DNA from: Octopus sinensis | Taxonomy: Eukaryota | Assembly: GCF_006345805.1 (NCBI RefSeq) | Contig: NC_043005.1 | Span: 57,970,001 to 58,034,000 of the forward strand | Reading direction: 5' to 3' | DNA length: 64,000 nt | In this document: positions 1-14,200 of the stretch, in pieces | Position numbering within the stretch: position 1 is the first letter of the stretch | How the letters are laid out: every line of letters starts with the position of its first letter | Program-made: the position numbers and the translations under genes | Notes under the pieces: generated by a model | What the model saw: the letters and a program-made list of their open reading frames with translations, nothing else | What the model was told of the DNA's origin: nothing | Database searches by the model: none

Positions 1-64
1 TCATAGTACAAGTGTATGCATATACTTTATGAAATACGTAGACCACAGTCACTTAATTACATAA

Positions 65-179
65 AGAGGAGTCGGAGTCGGAGGTGCAAATAGTAGAGGA
101 GTCGGAGTCGGAGGTGCAAATAGTAGAGGAGTCGGAGTCAGAGGTGCAAATAGTTTTTTGTTTCGACTCCACAGCCCTG
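65..179. mobile_element. End of a non-autonomous DNA transposon with 3 x 30-bp subterminal tandem repeats
   Basis: Unit agaggagtcggagtcggaggtgcaaatagt at 65-154, then cgactccacagccctg (reverse complement cagggctgtggagtcg, TIR-like) ending 14 nt from the exon donor. Confidence 0.55.
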
Positions 180-193
180 ATATTGTTACTTAC

Positions 194-293
194 CTGCTTG
201 AAATCTTTCTGTTTCAGGTACATGATTGCTTTATCAATCTCCAGATCATTAGCCAAATCAGAATAACGTGATTGTTTCACTGTCTGGACACAC
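194..293 (-). CDS. IFT88: IFT88 exon (100 nt, phase 2-0)
   Basis: [33 protein letters not shown]; ttgttag acceptor, gtaagt donor. Confidence 0.96.
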
Positions 294-3200
294 CTAACAA
301 ATATATTTGCCAGAATCATAATTTTAAAATTAAAAACAAAAACAAGTTTTTTTCTGAAATACTTTTTACAAATTTTTTTCTTAAAGTTAAGGCTATTTAG
401 CCCCTAAAAATCAACCTCATTTCAGAGCAAACTACAATCAAAACCATTCTTGTCTTGATCATCCAATCTCTTTGTATATCTAGACTACATTACATATTGT
501 GTCTTTTTCCTATTTCAAGGTGAAGGTGAAAGGCCTAGTGGTTATGGTACTGGAATCACAATAATTTAGATCATGAGTTCAAGTCTTTGATCAGGTGGTG
601 TGTTATATCTTTGAGCAAAGTATATATCATCATTGTTTAATGTCCGCTTTCCATGCTGGTATGGGCTGGACGATTTGACTGAAGACCGGCGAACCAGATG
701 GCTGCACCAAGCTCCAGTCTGATCTGGCAGAGTTTCTACAGCTGGATGCCTTTCCAAACGCCAACCACTCAGAGAGTGTAGTGGGTACGTGCCAGTCAGG
801 CGGTACTGGCAACGGCCACACTCAAATGGTGTATTTTACATGCCACCTGCACAGAGCCAGTCCAGCGGCACTGGCAACGACCTCGCTTGAATATTTTTTC
901 ACGTGCCACCAGCACAAGTGCCAGTAGGGCGATGATGGTAATGATCACACTCGAATGTAACTTTTTATGTGCCACCAGCACAGAAGCCAGTCAGCTGGTC
1001 TGGCAAAATATATATATATATACATACACACACACACATGCGCATGAGTGAATGGACAAAAGAAACAGGTACTTGACACATTTAGTAGGAGCTACATATA
1101 CCATTACTCAAAACAATTTGGTTTGGCCTTCATAGATTTGTCACAGGAACCTGTGAAACTTTAAGTTGCATAAGGCAAACTGTTTCGAGTAATAATATAT
1201 ATATATATGTATATATGTATATGTCTATATTTCTATAAGCAAACTTACCAATCATAGCCAGAAGCAAACGAGTTATCGATGTGAGGTGATATTATTTTTG
1301 CAGCTGTTTTGATGGACTTTTCAGCTTCGTATTTCCTGAAAATTGGGAAACATCAGATACACATTAGCAGGATGTGAACAAAACCTTTTGTAAAATAGAG
1401 AAGCAGAAACAACATGGGGCAAGTGACAGAGTCTCTGTAAGGCTACTTACTCTTCCAGAAATAGCAGTCAAATCTCACTCAAATTAATCCTACCCTACTG
1501 TATTTGAAAAAAAAAAATGGAAGGACCCAGTAGATAATGCATTTCTCTACATGTTATTTGAATAATAGCAGGATAGTCACAGCTGGAATGTATTTCATCA
1601 AAGATCAGTAGGATCAGCTCTGACTTTGGGCTAAAACAGTGTTCTTCGTCAAAGGGCCTAGATTTCCCAAAGGGGAATTACCATATTCGATGACTGGCAT
1701 CCGTGCTAGTGGAGCGCCAAGAGCACTATCTGAGCGTGATTGTTGCCAGAGCAGCTAACTGGCTTCCATGCTGGTGGCATATAAAAAGCACCATTCGAGC
1801 GTGATTGTTACCAGTGTTGCCTTACTGGCACTTGAAAAAACATTCGAGCAAAGTCCTGTGCAGGTGGCACATAAATAACATCATTTGAGCATGGCCATTG
1901 CCAGTACTGTCTGACTGGCCCTCGTGCTGGTGGCACGTAAAAGCACCCACTACACTCTTGGAGTGGTTGGCATTAGGAAGGGCATCAGCGGTAGAAACTC
2001 TGTCAGACCAAGATTGGAGCCTGGTGCAGCCATCTGGTTCGCCAGTCCTCAGTCAAATCGTCCAACCCATGCTAGCATGGAAAGCGGACGTTAAACGATG
2101 ATGATGAATAAAGATTAAGATGGTTTGCAACTTTTAACTCTTTAGCATTCAGATTACTCTGTCAAATGTAATGAATATTCAGTCACCTGGATTTGAATTA
2201 ACCCTACATTATCTTGTAGCTTTGAGATTTTGATGAGGTAACTGTTTATTTTTAGAATGACAGTGTATGGTAGGTGTGAGAGGCCTGATCTGATCAGTTT
2301 GAACATAGAGCTGGCAGAATATTCCGGCCAGATATTGCCTGTTTAAATGCTAAAGGGTTAAAGATATACAAATCTTGGTAAATATAGAATTACAAAATCT
2401 ATTTTGTTCTCTCATTAATAATGAAGTAGGAAGTGTGCCAGGAAAATTTATCTATCTTTTAGCGGGTACTGGCACCTGAACAATATACTGACTAATGAAC
2501 AATGCCACAAGCAAGCAGTGTCCCCTCCAAGTCGTACATGCACACACATGCCCACACACATTTTAGAGAAGGCAAAATATGTGCACACATGAGATTTTCA
2601 AGATGCAATCAGATATTTTTAATTGACGAGATTTGAGCAATGGTTACTCACACGAAAGCACACATAATTTACTAAGACAAAATTTCCATACAAACAAGTT
2701 TCTGCAAGCACCCACAGTAAAATCTCACAAGGAACATTATTTGTGAGGTAGCTTCTTGCTAATGGTCTTGACCTGCTAAAAATAGCAGCCAAATCACTTA
2801 TTGGCTGATTTGATGTACTGTCAAGTACAAATGCCCAATCTCATTTGTGATCTCTGGTTCACAGCCACATGTGCCATATAGGCTCATGTAGACAAACCAT
2901 TCCACACTAATTTAGGTAATGGAAATGTCATCAAGTTTTCTTAAGAAATACAACTTACTTTTCTCTTTCGAGTTGGCGCAGAGAATCATTCTTGATTACT
3001 TCAACAAACTGATTGTAAGGGTTATTTTCCTGTACACCAAAACAAATACAAAAATGAACACAAAATGAATAATTCAATAGTATTTGTAGCAATGATGAAA
3101 GCTTGTTTTATATTTAGAAACAAAATTTATTGCTACAGTAACATAGATGTTCAAGCAATACAAGAAAAGAAAATATTCAGATAAACAATGTATATGACAA

Positions 3201-4382
3201 GTGCATAAAGTCATAATGTTAGAAATTCAACATTCAGGTTAATTTTTATATATCAACCCTTGTTGCTCTAGTGTGTCTTCTTCCATCATTCCAGGTCGAA
3301 TATGTAGCTGTGAAAACAGCTATTGTGGAGAGTGAATGCCACCAGGAAGTGAATTACTCTAAAATTTTGGCACTCAATTGAGCTGTATTTCTAGGCTGTG
3401 TTCACAGAAGATTCTAGTCATTTCATCAAACTGCCATGTGAACAACAGCTGTTGAATGGACATCGATTGAGGTTGTGCACATGATCAAACTGTAATTTTT
3501 ATGAGACAAAACATGGGATCGAATTCAACTGCTACATAATAACAAAAAAGGATTTTTGTTCCTTCACTATTCATCCAAGGACAGTTTTATAGATATAGAT
3601 TAAGATGGTTTGCAGCTTTTAACCCTTTAGCATTCAGATTACTCGGTCAAATGTTATGATTATTCAGTCACCTGGCTTTGAATTAACCCTACATTATCTT
3701 GTAGCTTTGAGATTTTGATGAGGTAACTGTTTACTTTAAGAATGACAGTGTATGGTAGGTGTGAGAGGCCTGATGACTGACCATGGAATTTCACCTAGAA
3801 AGTTACCCTCCCAGGCATAAGTCCAGGCAAGGTTGTTTATGGAAGACCAGCATTCGCCCATGCATACCGGCCTCCCCTCTCCATGCTAACCTGAGTTTTT
3901 TCACTGGTGCTAAGGTCCAGGAATTTCATAGTAGCTAGTCTAAAGCCTTGCCATGCATATTGACGGTTGCCTGGGCCATTCAGGCAGGTGAACTAGACAT
4001 GCCTGGACAACAGAATGGGTGACAATGAATACTCACTTTTAGAATACCTATAGCCATATACACATACAGCCATGACTTTCATGGTTGATAATGTTCATTA
4101 CATTAGCACTGCTTTTATTTCCTATTTGAACACACACACACGCACACACACTCACACACACACACATCAATGTTTGTTTTTATGTTTATTTATAATAAAA
4201 CCAATTTTACATCAATCTCATGGGTTACTCTATAGTTTTATGGAGTATTAATTTATCATTTTTAAGCAAGAATATCACTGACAGCAACTTTAAAGTTTCA
4301 GCCAGCTAAGCCATCATTGGATTGCATTCTGACATTGGTTCATCTGGCTGAAACTTTGAAGTTACTATCAAAAATATTCTTG

Positions 4383-4415
<33 letters not shown>

Positions 4416-4416
4416 C

Positions 4417-4463
<47 letters not shown>

Positions 4464-7400
4464 TGAGACCCCCTTTGGCCATGACTGACCATGGGATTGC
4501 ACCTAGAAAGTGACCCTCCCAGGCACAAGTCCGGGCAAGGTTGTTTATGTTAGACCAGCAGTCACCCATGCACACCACCAATGTTATCCAAGGGAAAGGC
4601 AACGGCCGATACAGCTTGGCACCTGTGACGTCGCAACTCATTTCTACAGCTGAGTGAACTGGAGCAACGGGAAATAAAGTGTTTTGCTCAAGAACACAAC
4701 ATGCAGCTCGGTTTGGGATTTGAACTCACCACCTCACGATCGTAAGCTCGACGCTCTAACCACTGAGCCATATATATATAAATCATCATCATCGTTTAAC
4801 GTCTGCTTTCATAGTTCATAGATGAGAATTGGTTACTCTCCATATAGATACACTTAGTAGTGCTCAAGAGAATTAAACCTGAGCAGGTATAGAAATAAAT
4901 ATAGGGATAAGTAAGTTAGATGGATCAATATATCAAGTTTTACTGTATTAATACATGAAATACAACGTGAAATAAAGTGTCTTGCTCAAGAACACAACAA
5001 GCAGCCCGGTCCGGGATTCAAACTCACAACCTCGCGATCATAGGCTCGACACTCTAACCACTGAGCCATGCGCCTTCACATGTATATGTATATGTCAGAT
5101 TAAAGGAAATTTAGAAATTTGAATGGTTCCCTCAGCAAATACTGGCTAATGTAGTACTTAGGAATGGATAGTTTTCCTGAAAGGAAACTGTTCCATAAAA
5201 ACTGAAATTCCAGGGATTATTAGTCAAAGAGTACAATACAGTAAGCCCAAGAATGTAGATAATGGTATTACACATACACATGTATAGCATTAATATAGAA
5301 AACAGGTATGGTTTTCTATGCTTTATAAAACATATTGTCAAGATTACATAACAGCTGTTGAAACATTATATTATCTTGTTAACTCATCTCTTAAACATTC
5401 AGCAAGAAATACAATGACTAGTACTAAATGCTCAATATATTTATTCCCATTATTCAAATTATCGATAACATTTCACAATGTAGGGGGAGACAAACTAGCC
5501 TTCAATATTCAAGAAGGCATGACCAAGAAGATAACACTGACAATAACAACAATGAAAGTACCAACAGCAAGGGTTTTACCACCTATTTTGGTTTCTGCAT
5601 TCAGAGATAGAGTACAGCTGTACCCTTTCCACACGAGTTTTTACCCCTCCTCAATCCTTAACCACAATGCTTGGTCCTGTCATCATTCCTAAGTGGATCT
5701 TCCACCGCTGCTCATTTTCCTCACAGCCATTGCATTATCTGACACTGGAGACCTATCATTGTTAAAGCGAGCTCCAGAGAAGTCATTTCCCACTGTGAAG
5801 AAATAAATGACAACAGGAGGAATTTGATCCCAGAATGCAAAGAACTATAACTGATACCAGAAAGCATTTGATCCAATGCTTCAATAATTCCACCAATCCA
5901 CTGTCCTAAACTGTCCCTTATTATATTGAGCCCAAAAAGATGAAAAGCAAAGTTGACCTCAGCAGTATTTGAACTTGGAACGCAGAAATTTGCAACAAAT
6001 AGTGTAAAATATTTGATCCAATAGCAACTCTGCCTTTTTATCTCCTTCTATCACTTTCATCAAAATTAATTAAAATGTTGTAACTGGATTTGCCCAAATT
6101 AAGGAATTGATTTTCACTGGTTACATTTTCTTTTGCTTTGTTATTATTTTATGATGGGAAATAATAGCATGGTGGACTGACAAACAAAATTGTCATATGT
6201 TATTACAGACCTTTTTATGTTTCAGGTTCAAATCTTGCTGAGATTTATATATTTATTTTTTATGGCGTAATCAGAAGGGAAAAGGCAACATACTTAACCC
6301 TATTTTACAGGGTCTTCAAGATGGGTCAGAAATCTGGTCTGAATCCCTGAAACAGACTGCACTCTGGTGAAAGGCAGTCAAGGATCAAGGAATGATAGAC
6401 TGGACAATAAATTAGGTCAACCACATATATATGTTTCTCTGGGATTGGGATTGGCAAAATTGATGTAGATGCTTCTGATGAAAATCCAGTAACATTTTAA
6501 AATGAATTATGGTCATTCATAATTTTATCAGTCTACAGAGAGATATGTAAATTAGCTCTTTTTACAAATCCACTATGTAGATTACATACACACACATTCT
6601 TTATCTTTTACTTGTTCCAGTCATTAAACTGCGGCCATGCTGGGGTACCACCTTAAGGATTCTACTCCTGTACTTTTTTAAAACCAGGGACTTATTTCAT
6701 CTTTTTCTTTTCCTGAACTTCTAAGTTATAGGGGGACACACCAACACCAGTTGTCAAGCAGTGGTTGGGGACAAACACAGACACAAAGACACATACACAT
6801 ACACACACATATATATGACAGGCTTCTTTCAGGTTCCATGTACCAAATCCACTAACAAAGTTCTGGCTAGCCCGAGGCTATAGTAGGAGATACTTGCCTA
6901 AGGTGCCATGCAGTGGGACTGAAAGCAGTACCATGTGGTTGGGAAGCAAACTTCTTACCACACAGCCACACATATTTTAGCTTTCATCATTTCAAGATTA
7001 ATAAAATAAACACACATCATGTATCGGAATGAGTTATGTGACTTCCCCCCACCCCTGCAGCATTCTTACATATGTGCTGTGAAGTGACATCAGTATCATC
7101 TTCATCATTTAACATCCATTTTCCATACTGGCAGGTGTTTTATTTCAATTTTTTAATTTCATCTAGTTTCAGCTCACGAGCTGTGGCCATGCTGGGGCAC
7201 CGCCATGTGTGTGACTGTTTGACAGAATTTGGCAATGTGCAGGGCTGCATCAAGCTCCAGTGTCAGCTTTAGCATGGTTTCTATGGTTGAATGCTCGTCT
7301 TAATAATGCCAGCCACTAAACAGTGTGTATTGATGCTTTTTATGTGGCTCTAGCACTAGTGAGGCCACCAAATAACTTGCAAAACAAGAAGGTACACTAG

Positions 7401-9880
7401 AAGAAAAAGGAAAAAAGAAAAAATGGAAAACAGGTAAAAAGGAAAAGTGGTAAGGAGGGATATAGCGAGGAAGGAGGTGGTTGTACGCCAGTATCTCAAA
7501 AGAGAGTCTAAAAAGAATAGGATAGGAGATAGTGCTAACAATATTCCAGGGCATCTCAATGAAGCCGAGATGTCCACTTGTGCCAGTGCTTGTACAGAGC
7601 ACCTGTGCTGGTGTTACATAAGAAGCATCCATGCTTGTGCCATGTAAGCAGCACTCCTGCTGGTGCCACACAAAATATACCTGTGCTGGTGCCATGTAAA
7701 AAAGCATCTTTTGCTGGTGCCATGTATAAAACACTGGCACAGGTTCCACATAAAAAGCATCCAGTACACTCTGTAAAGTGGTTGGTGTTAGGAAGGGCAT
7801 CCAGCTGTAGAAGCCATCCCAAAACAAGACAATTGGAGCCTGGTGCAGCTCTCCAGCTGGCCAGCTCCTATCAAGCTGTCCAACCCACGTCAACATATGT
7901 GATGATGATAATGATGATGATGATGATGATGATGATAATATATGAGTAGGATGTGATCCTCTGGATCAATGCCTTAATTCCACATAAGAATGTCTTGGAC
8001 TATGATGATCTAACAACTCACGCTGCCATGGAACGTAGACACAAAATGATGATGATGATGATGATGATATGGTAGAAAAAATCTGGAGAAGAGTTCGTCA
8101 AGCTGAATGTCACAAAAAAAGCAAAAGGCAAATTTAGATACCTTCTTTTTTCCCTTCTCACAAGGCTTAATTTTTTTTTTATCTTTTTTTTTTTTTTTTA
8201 CTCTATTAAAGGGGTGTACTTTTGCACAGCAACAGAATAATTTAGAAATATTCCACTAAGAGGAAAAAAAAAATTACGATTAACAAATCTGATTAGAATG
8301 CATTAATGGAAAATGTGTTTGTTATCAACTAAAAAATTAATGAAAAATCCCTGCTTTCTCTTATGAAAAAGGTTTCTCAACAACATTCATTTTCATGCAA
8401 AAATTATAGAGTTCTAACCAATGATTCGGCTATTTTTTTTTTAAATATGTTTCTTTTTTTTTTTTAATATTAAATATTCCCTCCTTGATAAATGCTGAAT
8501 GTAAATTGAGATGAAAATCTGAATTTTCCTACTGTTGAGATAATAATAATAATAACAATAATAATAATAATAATAATAATTGCCTTGATGCCATACCAGG
8601 CACTGGCTCTCATGGTTTCTGATTTTAACTGATTAGAAGTGTTATCATGTACATGTTTTGTCTTCGTATAAAAAATGGGTTACAGCAAATATTCTGCACA
8701 ATACCACAATGCCCTGATGCAAAACCAGGCAGTGGCTCTCATGGCTTCTGATTTTAACTGATTTGAAGTGTTATCATGTACACATTTTGTCTTGGAATAA
8801 AAGATGGGTTACAGCAAATATTCTGCTCAATACCACAGATTTGCTAGTTAGTTGCATGACCTTAACTAGTTGAGCATGTTCTTTAGCGGCTGACGGTATG
8901 TGCATCTCTGACCACAAGCAGAAGTAGTGGGGGAGCAGCATAGCCATATGTTGAGAGGGATTCTTTGGGGTTTGAAATAATTCACTTCTAGAAACATGGG
9001 TGTTTTGTTCAACATCCTTAAATGACCCTTTTTCAGGGACCTTTTGAGTGGGATGGGCTCTACTTGAAGAAAATTCTAACTGGGCCTCACCTGCAAGGCC
9101 ATGTGGTGTTTATCTTGATATAAGGTCACCATGTTGGCACACATGGTTGTAATGCATGTGCTTCAAGTACCCTTATCAGACAGTTAGTCATGATGGGTAT
9201 ATTAGGTTTTATATATTTGTACCCCAGTGTCACTTTGATGATATGTATTGCTCTCTTTCATAATAATACTCTTTTCTTTAATGGCTACAAAAGCTGAATG
9301 CAAAACACAGGATGATACAAATTGAGGGGCTTAACACAAAAACATATGTTAACAGTGAAATAAAACAATAACAATTAACAACAAAATTTAAACAATTCCC
9401 AAAAAAGGTGGGGATTCCACCCAGGGACAACCCAGGAAACCGACACACTCTGGTCAACCCTGATCACCAAGAGCAACTCAGGCATACATTCCTCTCCCCT
9501 TCATCTCCTCTGGTTTACAGGTGCATGTTCAGAGTATGACAATATAATCATCATCATCATCATCATCATTTTAACGTCTGTTGTCCATGCTGGCATGGGT
9601 TGGATGGTTTGACCAGAGCTGGCAAGCTGGGGAGCTGCACCAGGTTCCAGTCTGATTTGGCATTGTGTCTATGGCTGGATGCCCTTCCTAATACCAACCA
9701 CTTTATAAAGTATGCTGGGTGCTTTTTCTGTGGCACTGGCACAGGTGCCTGTTATTGTCACTGCCTCAGGGGCTTTTTACATGGCCTGGCACAGGTACTT
9801 TTTTTTGTGATGCAACGCGGGCGCTTTTTATGCTGTTCAGCGTGGGCAAAATTTACATGGTGCCACCACATCTACTTTAC

Positions 9881-9922
<42 letters not shown>

Positions 9923-10883
9923 TGCCTTGATGCCATACCAGGCACTGGCTCTCATGGTTTCTGATTTTAACTGATTAGAAGTGTTATCATGTACATGTTT
10001 TGTCTTCGTATAAAAAATGGGTTACAGCAAATATTCTGCACAATACCACAATGCCCTGATGCAAAACCAGGCAGTGGCTCTCATGGCTTCTGATTTTAAC
10101 TGATTTGAAGTGTTATCATGTACACATTTTGTCTTGGAATAAAAGATGGGTTACAGCAATATTCTGCTCAATACCACAGATTTGCTAGTTAGTTGCATGA
10201 CCTTAACTAGTTGAGCATGTTCTTTAGCGGCTGACGGTATGTGCATCTCTGACCACAAGCAGAAGTAGTGGGGGAGCAGCATAGCCATATGTTGAGAGGG
10301 ATTCTTTGGGGTTTGAAATAATTCACTTCTAGAAACATGGGTGTTTTGTTCAACATCCTTAAATGACCCTTTTTCAGGGACCTTTTGAGTGGGATGGGCT
10401 CTACTTGAAGAAAATTCTAACTGGGCCTCACCTGCAAGGCCATGTGGTGTTTATCTTGATATAAGGTCACCATGTTGGCACACATGGTTGTAATGCATGT
10501 GCTTCAAGTACCCTTATCAGACAGTTAGTCATGATGGGTATATTAGGTTTTATATATTTGTACCCCAGTGTCACTTTGATGATATGTATGCTCTCTTTCA
10601 TAATAATACTCTTTTCTTTAATGGCTACAAAAGCTGAATGCAAAACACAGGATGATACAAATTGAGGGGCTTAACACAAAAACATATGTAACAGTGAAAT
10701 AAAACAATAACAATTAACAACAAAATTTAAACAATTCCCAAAAAAGGTGGGGATTCCACCCAGGGACAACCCAGGAACCGACACACTCTGGTCAACCCTG
10801 ATCACCAAGAGCAACTCAGGCATACATTCCTCTCCCCTTCATCTCCTCTGGTTTACAGGTGCATGTTCAGAGTATGACAATAT

Positions 10884-10934
<51 letters not shown>

Positions 10935-11245
10935 TTTAACGTCTGTTGTCCATGCTGGCATGGGTTGGATGGTTTGACCAGAGCTGGCAAGCTGGGGAGC
11001 TGCACCAGGTTCCAGTCTGATTTGGCATTGTGTCTATGGCTGGATGCCCTTCCTAATACCAACCACTTTATAAAGTATGCTGGGTGCTTTTTCTGTGGCA
11101 CTGGCACAGGTGCCTGTTATTGTCACTGCCTCAGGGGCTTTTTACATGGCCTGGCACAGGTACTTTTTTTTGTGATGCAACGCGGGCGCTTTTTATGCTG
11201 TTCAGCGTGGGCAAAATTTACATGGTGCCACCACATCTACTTTAC

Positions 11246-11284
<39 letters not shown>

Positions 11285-14200
11285 CCTTTCTACTATAGGC
11301 ACAATTTGGGAGTAGGGGGTTAGTTGATTACATTAACCCCTGTACTTGACTGGTACTTTATTTTATCGACCCTGGAGGTATGAAAGGCAAAGTCGACCTC
11401 AGTGAGATTTGAACTCAGAATGTAAAGAGATAGAAAAAATGCTGCTGAGCATTCTGATCAACATGCTAATAATTCAGCCAGCTGGTTTCACGTGGTGGCG
11501 CAAGGCCAGCAATTTCATGCAGAGAGGCAAATCAGATACCGCTGACCTCAGTACTTGGCTGGTATTTCATTTTATTGATGAGAAGGATGAGAAGCAAAGC
11601 TGGCCTTGTTGGGATTGTAAAGAATGTAGAGAGCCAGAACAAATGCCACAAAGCAGTTCTTGCAATACTAAGCTTTGTGGCTAATGGCGTGAGTCCTGAT
11701 TGGAAGAAGAAGAAGACAGCAGCAGCAACAGTAACAACAACCACTACTACCATTATCATCACTGGTAGTAGTGTCACTGTCACAATCAACATCATTGTCA
11801 TCATCATCATCATCTCCATCACCATCTTTACTGTTGTGACCATTACCATCATTTTACAGCTGTGTTTCCATTATTCCATAGATTGGACAGGTCTTCATAA
11901 ACACAACATCTTGCCATTTTTTTTGCAGACCTTTGCCAGCTCTTTTATGAGGTTTCAGTGTCTTGCGACTAGCCTTCACCTCTGTCTTGCCCTTCTACTC
12001 GGATTGCTTGGCACATCTCCAACTAATTGACATTATCCATATGCATCACATCTTTGCACCAGTGCAATGTTCTCGCTTGCATGCTATATATTTGATTCCC
12101 AGATAAAATCTAGTCTTTATCTCAGCTCATTTGTGCTGTCAGTCATCCATAGTTGCATTACACATCCATCGCGTCTTGGCCTTTTGGCTAAGATCAAAGT
12201 GTGGGCTTAAAGTGTAGCATAACACATCCATCAAAGAAAGTGTATCGTTTTTTTTTATATCTTCTGTCTTTTATTTGTTTCATGCATTAAACTGTGGTCA
12301 TGCTGGGGCATTACCTTGAAGATTTTTTAGTCGAGTGAACTGACTCCAGTATTTATTTTTTTTTAAAGCCTGGTACTTATTTTATCAGTTCCTTTTGTCA
12401 GACCACTAAGTTACAGTGACATAAACACAACACCAATTGTCAAACGATGATGGGGGGACAAAGACAAACACAAAGGCACACACATACACATTATCTATCT
12501 ATCTATCTATCTATCCATACATACACACACGTATAAAATGGGCTTCTTTTAGTTTCCATCTACCAAATCCACTCACAAGGCTTTGGTTGGCCTGAAGCAA
12601 CAGTAGGAGACATTTGATCAAAGTTTGAACCTGGAACGATGTGGTTGGGAAGCAAGCTTCTTATTTCTTTATCGCCCACAGGGGGCTAAACATAGAGGGG
12701 ACAAACAAGGACAGACAAAGGGATTAAGTCGATTATATCAACCCCAGTGCGTAACTGGTACTTAATATATTGACCCCCGAAAGGATGAAAGGCAAAGTCG
12801 ACCTCGGTGGAATTTGAACTCAGAACGTAACGGCAGACGAAATACTGCTAAGAATTTCACCCGGCGTGCTAACGTTTCTGCTAGCTCGCCACTTCTTATC
12901 ATACAGCTACACCTGCGACTACATATGTAAACATGGGTATAATGAAAATCACCTGGCTGGTACTAACTTTCCACTGATTCATGATGACGATGATGATGAT
13001 GCTGAGAATGACAATTATGATGATGACAAAAACAACAATCATAGCAACAAAGATGATGATGATGATGATGACAATGATAACGATGATGGTGATGATGATG
13101 ATGATGATGATGACGACGATGGTGATGGTGATGATGAATTTTTATCAATGCAAATGATCATGTCTCCTATTTGCAGTGGCTTTATTTAATTACTACAGCA
13201 AATTAAAACAACAAATTATACTGATCACAAATAGATGAAATGATATAGTGAGATGTTATCTCTAATTCCTTTCACAGATTTAAAAAGAAAAAGAAAAAGA
13301 AGCGAAAAATAACAATTTAATTATGTGTCTGTTTAGTCATGGTTTCCCTAACTGAGCAGACACATGATTAAAGGTGTTCCAGTAACCACCATACCATTAT
13401 TTATTTATTTATTTATCTATTTATTTATTTATTTATTTATTTTAGACATGTATCCAGGATCAAACTATACAAAGTGTTCTTCTTTATTTAAAGGTGGTAG
13501 GGTGTTATCAAAGGGACATTTGGTTGCTATTTCTAGTGGGTCAAATGACCCCCAAACAGTTCAGTATATTACACGTGAAGAAATGAAGTTAAAGGAAAAC
13601 TAGGAGATTTTTATTGGGACAAAGATGTTTTTCGTATTTTTTCATGCATTTTTTTTTTACCTGTCAAAACAGGTACACAAGGTGAAACAAAATATACAAG
13701 GTGAACTTCCTGTTGCTCACTAATTTCTGTTTAAACCTGAGCTTTTCAACTTATAACTTTTCCTTTTACCGTTTATTTGTCTCAGTAATTGGGTTGTGGC
13801 CATGCTGGAGCACTGCACCGAAGGGTCCAAATGAACAAATTGACCTCATATTCTTTTACTTGTTTCAGGCATTTGACTGTGACCATGTTGGAGCACAACC
13901 TTTAGTCAAACAAAGTGACCCCAGGACTTATTCCTTGTAAGCTTGGTACTTATTCTATCAGCCTCTTTTGCCGAACCACTAAGTTACCGGGACATAAACA
14001 CAACAACATCGGTTGTCAGGTGATGGTGGAGAGACACAGACATACACACAAATACACACACACACACACACATATATGATGAGTTTCTTTCAGTTTCCAT
14101 CTACCAAATCCACTCACAAGGTTTTGATCAGCCCGAGACTACAGTAGAAGACACTTGCCCAAGGTGCCATGCAGTGTGACTGAACCTGGGTCCATGTGGT

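Noticed and set aside
65-154. 30-bp repeats as a CRISPR array or a coding repeat (ICTSDSDSST)
   Set aside because: Head-to-tail with no spacers, eukaryotic context, and located in the intron beyond the donor at 193.
7300-7896. 198-aa ORF
   Set aside because: Antisense reading of the RTE-tailed repeat; the same peptide motifs recur in other copies.
12168-12216. Functional U2 snRNA gene
   Set aside because: Only about 35-38 nt of a roughly 190-nt RNA, no Sm site, and bounded by a TSD.
12866-13189. Poly-Asp / poly-His ORFs
   Set aside because: Translations of a degenerate (GAT)n microsatellite with no splice or homology support.
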